From NCBI GenBank assembly GCA_943358095.1, contig CALRGT010000003.1, positions 6,169 to 70,168 on the forward strand: a stretch of DNA of 64,000 nucleotides, in the 5' to 3' direction. Below, piece after piece: positions 26,731 to 34,854 of the stretch. A program made the translations under genes and the position numbers. How positions within the stretch are numbered: the stretch's first letter is position 1; each line of letters opens with the position of its first letter. This stretch comes from an uncultured Candidatus Saccharimonas sp. (GTDB taxonomy: Bacteria; Patescibacteriota; Saccharimonadia; Saccharimonadales; AQU-01). The notes beneath the pieces are model-generated. The model worked only from the letters and a program-made list of their open reading frames with translations. It was not told the origin of the DNA and searched no databases.

Positions 26731-27510
26731 TTAGTTTTTGGAGCTGAGTGTACCTAGGACTATTATCCAGGCCAATAACGATTTAGCGATTAGGCTGAGC
26801 CAAACATAGGCGCGCTCGCCGTATGCATAGTCCTTCCATTTGCCGATCTTTTTGTACTGTAACCACATGTTGACAGCAAAAGTATTGAACAGTAAGAACG
26901 TTAACAAAAAGCCGAGCTTGGCGTACCACGGTATAGAATCGGCTATATTGCTAGTACTTGCCCAGAAGTATATGCCACCGATTATCCAAGGTACGATGCC
27001 AGCAATAATACCTATATTAAACGGGAACCATGATGTTTTCTTGGTTAGTTGATTGTAACGTTCCATTTCTAGACCCCAGATGTTCATAAGGAAATTAAGA
27101 GTAAAAACAAAAACTACGCTCGGCAACTCGTTTAATCCACCCATCATAAGTAGGACGGTAATCATCAGTGATGAACTGATGGAGTATTCCAGCCAGCGCA
27201 TAGGGTTTATGCCTTTTTTGATATTGGCTTCATAGCGGCGATAGTACATTGGTGAGGCTACGAAAAGATGAAAAAAGGCTGCAACTAGCAGAAATAGTGG
27301 ACCAACAACTGCTATAGGTATATCAACAAGTATCTTGGTCGCAAAAGTGAAGTCACCATCAGGAGCCACATCAAAAAAGCGAGTAATAATAGGTATCTTG
27401 AGCGAATAGTTCAAAATTATGAGCATTATCGTCGCCTGCAAAAGATGCACGGAACCCATAATAATATTAAATCGTCGAAGTTTTTTGGTCTGGTTGTTTT
27501 TAAATATCAT
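26731..27510 (-). CDS. heliorhodopsin
   Basis: 7 TM. Recalled heliorhodopsin 48C12 motifs are all present: FNxxxGxVHLLQ, MRWLEYSISSSLMI, GIIAGIVPWI, GERAYVWLSLIAKSLLAW (Schiff-base Lys). Confidence 0.9.
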   Translation of the reverse strand: MIFKNNQTKKLRRFNIIMGSVHLLQATIMLIILNYSLKIPIITRFFDVAPDGDFTFATKILVDIPIAVVGPLFLLVAAFFHLFVASPMYYRRYEANIKKGINPMRWLEYSISSSLMITVLLMMGGLNELPSVVFVFTLNFLMNIWGLEMERYNQLTKKTSWFPFNIGIIAGIVPWIIGGIYFWASTSNIADSIPWYAKLGFLLTFLLFNTFAVNMWLQYKKIGKWKDYAYGERAYVWLSLIAKSLLAWIIVLGTLSSKN

Positions 27511-27518
27511 ATAAATAA

Positions 27519-27546
27519 ATTATAGCATAAGCACAATGCCGTCAAA
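27519..27546 (-). promoter_or_regulatory. sigma70-type promoter of heliorhodopsin, near-leaderless
   Basis: Minus strand has TTTGAC(G), a 16-nt spacer, then TATAAT. Only 8 nt lie between the -10 box and the ATG. Confidence 0.6.
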
Positions 27547-27554
27547 CCCTTCCT

Positions 27555-27580
27555 GCCACTTTTGCCGAATCAAAAGTGGC
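27555..27580. repeat. third copy of the 26-nt hairpin GCCACTTTTG-6 nt-CAAAAGTGGC
   Basis: Same hairpin as at 25878-25903 and 28596-28621. Here it sits immediately upstream of the heliorhodopsin -35 box. Confidence 0.8.
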
Positions 27581-27674
27581 ATAATCACGATAAGCTTATC
27601 AGGAAAAGGCGCTTGTCATATTAAGCAGAAGTATTCTAGCCTTTTGCCCGTAATGAATGCTCTATTATTTCTAA

Positions 27675-27959
27675 ATGAGCGATATTAACTTCTGCCCACA
27701 TTGCGGTCACGACTTAGCGATGTATCAAAATAACGATTACTCTACTGCAGACAACACAGAGGATGAAAATCTTTTAATAGCTGTAAAATGCGTAATAGAG
27801 GCCAATAAAGCGTCGACATCACTGCTTCAAAGAAAGATGAGGATCGGTTACGGTATGGCAGCGCGTTTGATAGAGACGATGGAAGAACGGGGCTATATAG
27901 GGCCTGCTATTGACTCTAAACCACGAGATGTACTAATAGATAGTATTGATCGAATGTAA
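27675..27959 (+). CDS. zinc-ribbon + stand-alone FtsK gamma (winged-helix) domain protein
   Basis: N-terminal CPHCGH. The C-terminal [32 protein letters not shown] matches the FtsK/SpoIIIE gamma domain. Confidence 0.8.
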   Translation: MSDINFCPHCGHDLAMYQNNDYSTADNTEDENLLIAVKCVIEANKASTSLLQRKMRIGYGMAARLIETMEERGYIGPAIDSKPRDVLIDSIDRM

Positions 27960-27963
27960 TGGT

Positions 27964-28401
27964 ATGAATATTTACCTAGATATTGACGGAGTGATAGTCG
28001 CGAATGATAATAACGCAGCTAATTATGCTGCGGAGTTTATTGAGTACGTATTAAATAAGTTCCCAGACACAACCTACTGGCTGACTACTCATTGTCAAGG
28101 TGACGCAAGTCAACCGATTAAGGACATTGGTCATTTGTTTGATGCCAAAACCATTGATTATATGAAGATGATTAAACCGACAACTTGGTTAGACTCACCA
28201 AATAAAACATCGGCTATAGATTTTAGCCAACCCTTTTTATGGTTTGACGACGACTGTTTTGACGGCGAGAGGCAAGAGTTAATCAAGAACAATGCACTAG
28301 ATAATTGGATAGAAGTTGACTTAAGTAAAGATCCAGACCAACTGCTAAAATTCATAACCAGTTTTCCGATTGCTTCTGAAATGGCACAAGAAGGCTCATA
28401 A
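27964..28401 (+). CDS. hypothetical protein, HAD-like N-terminal motif
   Basis: MNIYLDIDGVIV resembles HAD motif I (DxDGV). The rest is unrecognised. The ORF track's start at 27946 overlaps the upstream gene. Confidence 0.5.
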   Translation: MNIYLDIDGVIVANDNNAANYAAEFIEYVLNKFPDTTYWLTTHCQGDASQPIKDIGHLFDAKTIDYMKMIKPTTWLDSPNKTSAIDFSQPFLWFDDDCFDGERQELIKNNALDNWIEVDLSKDPDQLLKFITSFPIASEMAQEGS

Positions 28402-28621
28402 AAAATAGCCCGCCTCCAGCGGGCATCCATGGTCTTATGTGGGGCCTGGACGCGACCCGAAATAGATTCCTACAAAAAGACAACAAACTACTCCCCGAGG
28501 ACTGTTTGAAGTCCGATAGGACAAGTTCCGGAGGGCGTGTTGTCCTTTTTGTTAGGAAGCTATATCGAGTTGTGGCCACTGCCCCTCGGTTTTGCGCCAC
28601 TTTTGCCGAATCAAAAGTGGC
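28400..28621 (-). ncRNA. candidate structured RNA / palindromic repeat element, copy 2 (unclassified)
   Basis: The reverse complement aligns over its full length with 25878-26097: the first 73 nt have 1 difference, the last 72 nt about 5, and the central 75 nt are diverged but still fold. Minus-strand terminator + TTTTTT at 28400-28424. Confidence 0.45.
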
Positions 28622-28750
28622 ATAAATAAACTCCGCATCTGCGGAGTAAAAATAACTATATATAAGAAAAAAACGTTAGAAAATATCATAGACTGTAAGA
28701 AACGTGGCATAATCCGCAAAAAGCGCAATTGCGAGCCAGCAAGCCAGCAG

Positions 28751-28779
28751 TTGACTTATCTGTTATTCCCCTGTAAAAT
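28751..28779 (+). promoter_or_regulatory. sigma70-type promoter upstream of rpsP
   Basis: TTGACT, 17-nt spacer, TAAAAT, about 45 nt upstream of the rpsP ATG. Confidence 0.6.
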
Positions 28780-28825
28780 ATTCTTTATATATTCATAAAG
28801 TTAAGACCGGGAGTGATATTAATAA

Positions 28826-29209
28826 ATGTTAGCAATTCGTATGCAACGCACAGGCCGAAAAGGACACGCTAGTTTCAGAGTTGTCGTTCAGGATTCTTCA
28901 CAGACACCAACTAGTGGTAAGGTCGTTGTTCAAATTGGTAGCTATGATCCTCACACCAAGGCTGCAATTATTTCTAAAGACAAAGCTGAGTTCTATCTAG
29001 AGCACGGTGCACAGCCATCTGAAAGAGTAGCTTATCTTCTTAAAAAAGAAGGTGTTAAAATGCCTACTTGGGTAGAAAAAGCGACTAAAAAATCTGCTAC
29101 TACTCGTCACCCTGAAAAACTACGCCGAAACCGACCACCAGAGCCAAAAGCTGAAGCTCCAGTCGAAGAAGAAACTGCCGACGTTGTCGAAGCAGTACCT
29201 GCCGAATAA
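28826..29209 (+). CDS. rpsP: 30S ribosomal protein S16 (with C-terminal extension)
   Basis: MLAIRMQRTGRKGHASFRVVV is a canonical S16 N-terminus. Basic/Pro-Glu-rich tail. Confidence 0.95.
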   Translation: MLAIRMQRTGRKGHASFRVVVQDSSQTPTSGKVVVQIGSYDPHTKAAIISKDKAEFYLEHGAQPSERVAYLLKKEGVKMPTWVEKATKKSATTRHPEKLRRNRPPEPKAEAPVEEETADVVEAVPAE

Positions 29210-29304
29210 ACTACAACAATTCAACGTGCTTTTAGTCGACCAGCAAGAGATTTGGTCTGCTATAATAGTACGTATCACTACCGCTTAAAAGGAGATTACC
29301 AAAC

Positions 29305-29787
29305 ATGAGTAGCATTGACGAACAATTTGTCGAATTTATAGTAAAATCACTAGTCGGCAACCCCGACGCTGTTAAAATCGAGCGACGCATTGATGAAAAG
29401 GGCGTATTGCTAGAGTTGACTGTTGATCCAGAAGATTTGGGCCGTGTTATTGGCAAAAGAGGCGCTACAGCTCAGAGTCTACGAACTCTACTTCGTGCAT
29501 TGGGTACCAAGAATGATGCAAGATACAATCTAAAGATCGTTGACAATGGCGAACCTCGTCCGCGACGCGAAGACGATCAGTCTAGCTACGGCGACTCAGT
29601 TCATCAAGATTCTGCTCCAGCTACACAATCAAGCGAAGTAAGCGAAACTAACTCCTGGAACACTCCTGTTGCTGACAACAAAGAAGACGACGACTTGTTT
29701 CCGTCTAAAACTGATGACAGTAGTTCATCTAGTCGTGCAGAACAAACTCGCAAAGAGCTTGAAGACCTAGACGACCTAGACCTGTAA
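29305..29787 (+). CDS. KH domain RNA-binding protein (YlqC-like) with long acidic C-terminal tail
   Basis: GRVIGKRGATAQSLRTLL KH motif in the first ~80 aa, followed by ~80 aa of D/E/S-rich tail. Confidence 0.85.
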   Translation: MSSIDEQFVEFIVKSLVGNPDAVKIERRIDEKGVLLELTVDPEDLGRVIGKRGATAQSLRTLLRALGTKNDARYNLKIVDNGEPRPRREDDQSSYGDSVHQDSAPATQSSEVSETNSWNTPVADNKEDDDLFPSKTDDSSSSSRAEQTRKELEDLDDLDL

Positions 29788-29788
29788 A

Positions 29789-30364
29789 TTACTTACTTGT
29801 TGGAAAAGTAGGTTCCAAGTAACCCGGACTATTCGGGGTTATTATATCTGGTGATAATTTGTGAATAAAGGCTGAACGAAAAATAATTCTAGAATCAGGC
29901 CATTCTGGGGTATTGTTTGGCCTGGCGGCGTGCAAGTCGTGATCTGGGTCAAAAACAGAGACAAAACCGTCTGGTGCTGTTACAAAGTTTGCTTCGATAA
30001 ACTTTTTGTCTAATTCGCCGGTTCTCTCTCGTTCTAAAGATTCATCACGCGTAAACAGTGTGCTGGCGTTCTCTCCATTAGCTGTCAGGGCTAGGGTGAC
30101 AAATGTCGCTTCACCAGGTCGTAGACTGTCTCTGTGTACGTCTGTTGAACGATTGCTACAGATAAGGCTTAGGTCACTGCGTTCATTTATCTTTAGAGTT
30201 CGTTCGGGGTTATGATCATTAAATTCGGGCATAAGTATTCGGCCTACCCATTTTGCAAAAATCTCACCACGATGCTTGATTTGGTTGGTACGGCCATATG
30301 AATCGAATTGATCAAAAGGACTAAAAAATTCTTCGCCTAACTCTTTCGCGTCTGCATAAAACAT
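29789..30364 (-). CDS. hypothetical protein, possible 2OG-Fe(II) oxygenase-like fold
   Basis: 191-aa ORF antisense to the rpsP-trmD operon direction. HxD (VHRD) ... H (DLHAA) ... RxxFRS spacing is suggestive only. Confidence 0.35.
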   Translation of the reverse strand: MFYADAKELGEEFFSPFDQFDSYGRTNQIKHRGEIFAKWVGRILMPEFNDHNPERTLKINERSDLSLICSNRSTDVHRDSLRPGEATFVTLALTANGENASTLFTRDESLERERTGELDKKFIEANFVTAPDGFVSVFDPDHDLHAARPNNTPEWPDSRIIFRSAFIHKLSPDIITPNSPGYLEPTFPTSK

Positions 30365-30386
30365 GGTATAATAATAACATTAATCT

Positions 30387-31046
30387 ATGAAAATTCAAAT
30401 CATCACACTATTTCCAGACATGTTCCCAGGTGTATTCAACGCAAGTATGCTGTGGAAGGCGCAAGACCGAAAGCTAGTAGAAATAAGCTATATTGACTTA
30501 AGGCAATTTGGTCATGGTCCTCGAAAGCAGGTTGATGATACGCCTTATGGCGGTGGTGACGGTATGTTACTAAAAGTCGACCCACTCGTAGAGGCGATTG
30601 AGCTAGCCAAGAAGAACGATCCGACGGCTGTAGTTATTCTTCCTACGCCGAGAGGCAAAACTTATAAGCAGTCTGACTCTAAGCGATTAGCAGCCGCTCA
30701 AAACGGCCTAATATTTGTCTGCGGACGCTACGAGGGATACGACGAGCGTGTAACTAATTGGGTGGATGAACAGTTTAGCATTGGTAATTATGTTTTGACT
30801 GGAGGCGAGCTGCCTACTATGGTTATCGCCGACAGTGTTATAAGGCTAATTCCAGGAGTTCTTGGTGGCGAAAATAGTGTTGAGTTTGAGTCCTTCCAGC
30901 AAGATGACAATAATATAGAATTTCCTCAGTACACGCGCCCAGAAGAATTCAGAGGATTAAAAGTACCGGATGTTTTGCTAAGCGGGCATCACGCCGAAAT
31001 CGAAAAATGGCGCATACAAGAATCTTCTAAAATGAGCGAGAAATAA
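30387..31046 (+). CDS. trmD: tRNA (guanine37-N1)-methyltransferase
   Basis: MKIQIITLFPDMF, YGGGDGML, CGRYEGYDERV and SIGNYVLTGGELP motifs. Confidence 0.95.
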   Translation: MKIQIITLFPDMFPGVFNASMLWKAQDRKLVEISYIDLRQFGHGPRKQVDDTPYGGGDGMLLKVDPLVEAIELAKKNDPTAVVILPTPRGKTYKQSDSKRLAAAQNGLIFVCGRYEGYDERVTNWVDEQFSIGNYVLTGGELPTMVIADSVIRLIPGVLGGENSVEFESFQQDDNNIEFPQYTRPEEFRGLKVPDVLLSGHHAEIEKWRIQESSKMSEK

Positions 31047-31047
31047 C

Positions 31048-31986
31048 ATGGTAAATAAAGAAATGCTAAGTTGGTCCGTGGAGGTTCCTGCCAGTGATTA
31101 TGGGGACTATGATCCGTTTATTATTACACGAGCTCAGGCACGTGACTCTGTGGCTCGGGCAAAACAACAAACCATAGGTTCTACTTCTGACCTATATAAA
31201 CTTGACGGCGATACTACTGAAGCTATGTGGCAAAGAGTTATGCAGTCGGCCATTATCATGACGCCGAGCACAAGAGAAGTAATTGCTAGTAATAATATTG
31301 TTATAGATAATGTGGTTCCATCTGGAGTTGCTCTAGGCGGACTTAGGCTTGTCGCGGAATCTGCCAATACCGCCACCGTAGAACCTGAAGCACCTAACAT
31401 AAGATTAGTTATCCCGGCAATTGGCGGAGAGTACAGAAGACTCAAAAAAACTGTTGAAAGATACGTTGGTGTTACAAAAGACAATCCAGACGCTATAAGT
31501 GGAGGTGGATCGGATAGAATACAAGAATTAATCGAAACGCCAAAATTAATGGAAAATGTCGCAATAGAACTGGCCGCCTCACGTAGAATCCTTAAATACG
31601 GCTTACTGCCAGACGAGGCTTTGCCTGAAGGTATGCGAGAACATGGCTTTGAATCTTGGCGAAAAGTAGTAAATAACAACGTAAGCGCTGCAGATCGCAA
31701 GAAACAAAACAGTCAAACACTTAGAGGGCTATATGTCGAAAATGACCAGGCGATGAAAAATTTGCGCGGAAATGTTTGGCCAATAATATCTAGTCGAATA
31801 ATTGGTATCGACCCAACAAAAGATGTGATGTTTAACGTCGTGCACGGCAGTGTAAGTAATGAATCTCCAGATAGTTATTTGATATCCTTTAGGAACAAAT
31901 TGACCAGCGAAGTGTCTCCTGTTGAAGGAAAAGAAATGATAACTTCTATTTATAGCCCAAGAAGGACGATAAGACGAGTCAAGTAA
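31048..31986 (+). CDS. hypothetical protein (occupies the position normally held by rplS)
   Basis: 312-aa ORF whose ATG lies 2 nt after the trmD stop. No family recognised. Confidence 0.55.
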   Translation: MVNKEMLSWSVEVPASDYGDYDPFIITRAQARDSVARAKQQTIGSTSDLYKLDGDTTEAMWQRVMQSAIIMTPSTREVIASNNIVIDNVVPSGVALGGLRLVAESANTATVEPEAPNIRLVIPAIGGEYRRLKKTVERYVGVTKDNPDAISGGGSDRIQELIETPKLMENVAIELAASRRILKYGLLPDEALPEGMREHGFESWRKVVNNNVSAADRKKQNSQTLRGLYVENDQAMKNLRGNVWPIISSRIIGIDPTKDVMFNVVHGSVSNESPDSYLISFRNKLTSEVSPVEGKEMITSIYSPRRTIRRVK

Positions 31987-32041
31987 ATAATTAATCATCA
32001 CTTACTGTTATAATTAGACAGTAAAGAAAGTGAGGGTAATT

Positions 32042-32422
32042 ATGAAGTTTATTAAGCCAGTTTATGCACATTGTGATTTGCCTTGTGGGGTTTACGATCC
32101 TGCTCAAGCTCGAATCGAAGCAGAGTCTTGCCATATGATAATGACAAAATATGCAGATTTGCACAGCGAAGAAGACAAATGGCGAGCAGTATTTATCAAA
32201 GAAGAGCGTGCCGACATGGTCAAGAACCATCTATGGGTGTTGTGGACCGATTATTTTAAGCCTGAACATCTAGCTAAGTTTCCTGATTTGCACGATTTAT
32301 TTTGGCGAGCTACAAAGCAAGCTGGCAGCGTCAAGAAGTCTGTCGACCCGGCCGAAGGTCAAAAGTTGCTAGACCTAATTGCTGAGATTACTGATATTTT
32401 TCAACAACCCAAAAAAGCTTAA
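32042..32422 (+). CDS. sodN: nickel-dependent superoxide dismutase precursor
   Basis: Leader MKFIKPVYA followed by the Ni-hook HCDLPCGVYDP. SD GAGGG upstream of ATG 32042. Confidence 0.9.
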   Translation: MKFIKPVYAHCDLPCGVYDPAQARIEAESCHMIMTKYADLHSEEDKWRAVFIKEERADMVKNHLWVLWTDYFKPEHLAKFPDLHDLFWRATKQAGSVKKSVDPAEGQKLLDLIAEITDIFQQPKKA

Positions 32423-32428
32423 TTTTTA

Positions 32429-32728
32429 ATGAATTTACCGCTAATGATACGACAAGTGCGTGGTGCTAGCATGGAGCCGTCACTTCCTGCTGGTAAGTAT
32501 GTGTTTGCTATAAGGCGAGTTCGCCCAAAAAGTGGGCAAATAGTAATTGTGCTACACAATAACGTAGAGAAGATTAAGCGAATCAACGAAGTTGACGGCG
32601 CTCATGTGTTTTTGCTGGGAGACAATCCAGCAGAGAGTAATGACAGTCGGGATTTTGGACTTGTGCTATCTAATACAATTATCGCTACTGTAATTTGGCC
32701 TAGACGTAATCTGGCGAGTTCTCTGTAG
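32429..32728 (+). CDS. sodX: S26-family NiSOD maturation peptidase
   Basis: GASMEPSLPAG serine motif, GDNPAESNDSRDFG box. Immediately downstream of sodN. Confidence 0.8.
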   Translation: MNLPLMIRQVRGASMEPSLPAGKYVFAIRRVRPKSGQIVIVLHNNVEKIKRINEVDGAHVFLLGDNPAESNDSRDFGLVLSNTIIATVIWPRRNLASSL

Positions 32729-33620
32729 TGCTTAATTGCTCTGTTTCTTTTAATTGAATTATTTTGGATTTTAAGGCAAAGATAAATTCGATTATATAAA
32801 ATGCTGAAAAGGCAAAGATAACACCAATTATGACATCAAAAACATAATGCTCTCCTTGATAGACGACACCAAAGTACATAAGTATTGGATAGATGCTGGA
32901 TAAAGCACCCCATTTCTTGCCAAAAAGTTTAAATATAATAACCGCGAACAAAGTGGCATATGCACAGTGGAGCGAAGGAACGGCAGCGACAGGATTGGGT
33001 GCGATTTTATTGTACAGTGAAGGGAAGTCGTTAACTCCAAGTGCTGCCCAAACATGGCTAGAGACTCTTGTTATTGGCTCAATAATCTTCTTGTCGCTCG
33101 CCATCCAAGGAGGTGCGGCCGGATATATAAAGTAAGTAACGAATCCTGCAAAAGACAGTACCACGTAGCTGTACATAAAACGCCAGTAGTAGCTATCTCG
33201 CATCTTCCATATAATTATCGCTAAGGCTAAAGGCATAACAAAGTGGAGCATGTAGTTTATATATAAGACAAAATCATACCACTGCACACTACCGTGCCAT
33301 AACTGCCGTTGCAGTGCGGCGGTTGGTAGTGAGCCAAATAGTCGTTCGTCAAACTTTGCCATAAAAGTGTAGTTAACATGATTATTAATTGAGTGAGCAA
33401 GGCCGCGAAACGACTCATATACTATAAGCAAAGCAACAAAAGGCAGCAGTCTTTTGAGCAGTTCCTTGGCCTGGCTAAGTGACAATCCAGCAAAAGTTAA
33501 GAATACTAATAATTTATCTGGAGTAGGAAAGCTGGGTTTGTTAATAAATATCAAGACACAGGCTACTGTTCCAATTATTCCGACGATTCTTAAAGCTTTA
33601 CGATAATTTAAGTTTTTCAA
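32700..33620 (-). CDS. PAP2 superfamily membrane phosphatase/phosphotransferase-like protein
   Basis: 6-7 TM. PSLHCAYA and downstream H/D motifs are typical of PAP2_3/IPC-synthase-like proteins. Confidence 0.7.
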   Translation of the reverse strand: MKNLNYRKALRIVGIIGTVACVLIFINKPSFPTPDKLLVFLTFAGLSLSQAKELLKRLLPFVALLIVYESFRGLAHSINNHVNYTFMAKFDERLFGSLPTAALQRQLWHGSVQWYDFVLYINYMLHFVMPLALAIIIWKMRDSYYWRFMYSYVVLSFAGFVTYFIYPAAPPWMASDKKIIEPITRVSSHVWAALGVNDFPSLYNKIAPNPVAAVPSLHCAYATLFAVIIFKLFGKKWGALSSIYPILMYFGVVYQGEHYVFDVIIGVIFAFSAFYIIEFIFALKSKIIQLKETEQLSTTENSPDYV

Positions 33621-33633
33621 TTTAACACCAAAT

Positions 33634-34053
33634 TTAAGATTTTTCTAATGAATTTATGCGGTCATGATCAAGTCCGTAAAAGTGAGCTACCTCGTGCCAT
33701 ACCGTATGTCGAACACGTTCGCGTAGTTCGTCTATCGAGTTGCTGGCCATCTCTAACGGGTTTTTAAAAATAGTGATTTTGTCTGGCAGTACTAGGTTAT
33801 AATTTGAGCCTCGGCGGGTTAGTGGAATACCTTCATATAGCCCAAATAGTGATTGGTCGTGGCGTAACTTTAGCTTGTAGATTTGTTCTGCCGAAGGGGT
33901 GTCTTCAGTCACAAACACTATATTATTAAGATGCTCGATGTATTTTGGTGAAATAGCGTCCATGCCGGCGCCCACCATTGCTGCAAATTCTTCCTCACTG
34001 ACAGATATCATTACTATATAATAGCAAACTTGAGCCGGCTTTGTATTAGCCAT
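33634..34053 (-). CDS. zincin-like metallopeptidase family protein (DUF1025-type)
   Basis: C-terminal HEVAHFYGLDHD. The likely true start is the internal MISVSEEEF (34011). Confidence 0.7.
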   Translation of the reverse strand: MANTKPAQVCYYIVMISVSEEEFAAMVGAGMDAISPKYIEHLNNIVFVTEDTPSAEQIYKLKLRHDQSLFGLYEGIPLTRRGSNYNLVLPDKITIFKNPLEMASNSIDELRERVRHTVWHEVAHFYGLDHDRINSLEKS

Positions 34054-34099
34054 AATGGTGCAAAATTAGTGTAATATAGTAGTAGGCATAAGGAGATAT

Positions 34100-34777
34100 A
34101 TGGCAGGAACTAGAGAATTTATAAAAATCAGCTCAATTGATCCAGTTGTCGACTATTTATCAGATGCGATATCTACTGCATTAGCCCAAGACAAGAAAGT
34201 TTTATGGCTTGTCCCTGGCGGATCTTCTATAAAGATCGCAGCAGAAGTTAGTAAGCGATTGGCGGGCTCGTCACTTAAAAATTTGTATGTTAGTTTGACG
34301 GACGAAAGATACGGAGACGTTGGACATGCTGACTCTAACTGGCTACAACTTGTGCAAGCCGGATTCAATCTACCTGAAGCAAATTTGCGTCCTGTGCTTA
34401 TTGGCCAAGATTTTGACAAGACAGTAGAGGAATACGGCAAAGAAGTTGACAAGGATATGCAGGCTGCAGACTTTCGTATTGGGTTTTTTGGAATTGGTCC
34501 GGACGGTCATACGGCAGGTATTTTGCCAGGTAGTCCTGCTGTGAGCGATAAGGGGCTTACTAGCGGATATGATGCAGGAGTATTTAAGCGCATAACTATC
34601 ACAGGTAACGCTATAGATAGGTTAGATGAGGCAGTAGTTTATGCAGTTGGTGAAGACAAGTGGCCAGTGATCGACCAACTAGATACCGACCTGTCAGTTA
34701 ATCAACAGCCAGCCCAAATGCTCAAGGCCGTACCGAGACTTATAATATTTAATGACCACAAGTCTAGCCAGCTTTGA
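34100..34777 (+). CDS. pgl: 6-phosphogluconolactonase
   Basis: NagB/RpiA/DevB-type fold. LVPGGSS, DERY, GIGPDGHTAGILPG motifs. Adjacent to zwf. Confidence 0.85.
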   Translation: MAGTREFIKISSIDPVVDYLSDAISTALAQDKKVLWLVPGGSSIKIAAEVSKRLAGSSLKNLYVSLTDERYGDVGHADSNWLQLVQAGFNLPEANLRPVLIGQDFDKTVEEYGKEVDKDMQAADFRIGFFGIGPDGHTAGILPGSPAVSDKGLTSGYDAGVFKRITITGNAIDRLDEAVVYAVGEDKWPVIDQLDTDLSVNQQPAQMLKAVPRLIIFNDHKSSQL

Positions 34778-34854
34778 TAAATTCAACTGGCGCGATTAGC
34801 TAAAAGTGTACATACTATATTAAGAGGGACAATTAAAAAGAAAAGCTTACAACT

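Noticed and set aside
31134-31700. 188-aa minus-strand ORF inside 31048-31986
   Set aside because: It is a shadow ORF of the longer + strand ORF, which is translationally coupled to trmD. Its Ser/Leu/Ala-rich composition is typical of an antisense frame. The same reasoning applies to the other short antisense ORFs in the track (for example 10469-10873 in kup, 38678-39238 in the PIG-L fusion gene, 44037-44867 in capB).
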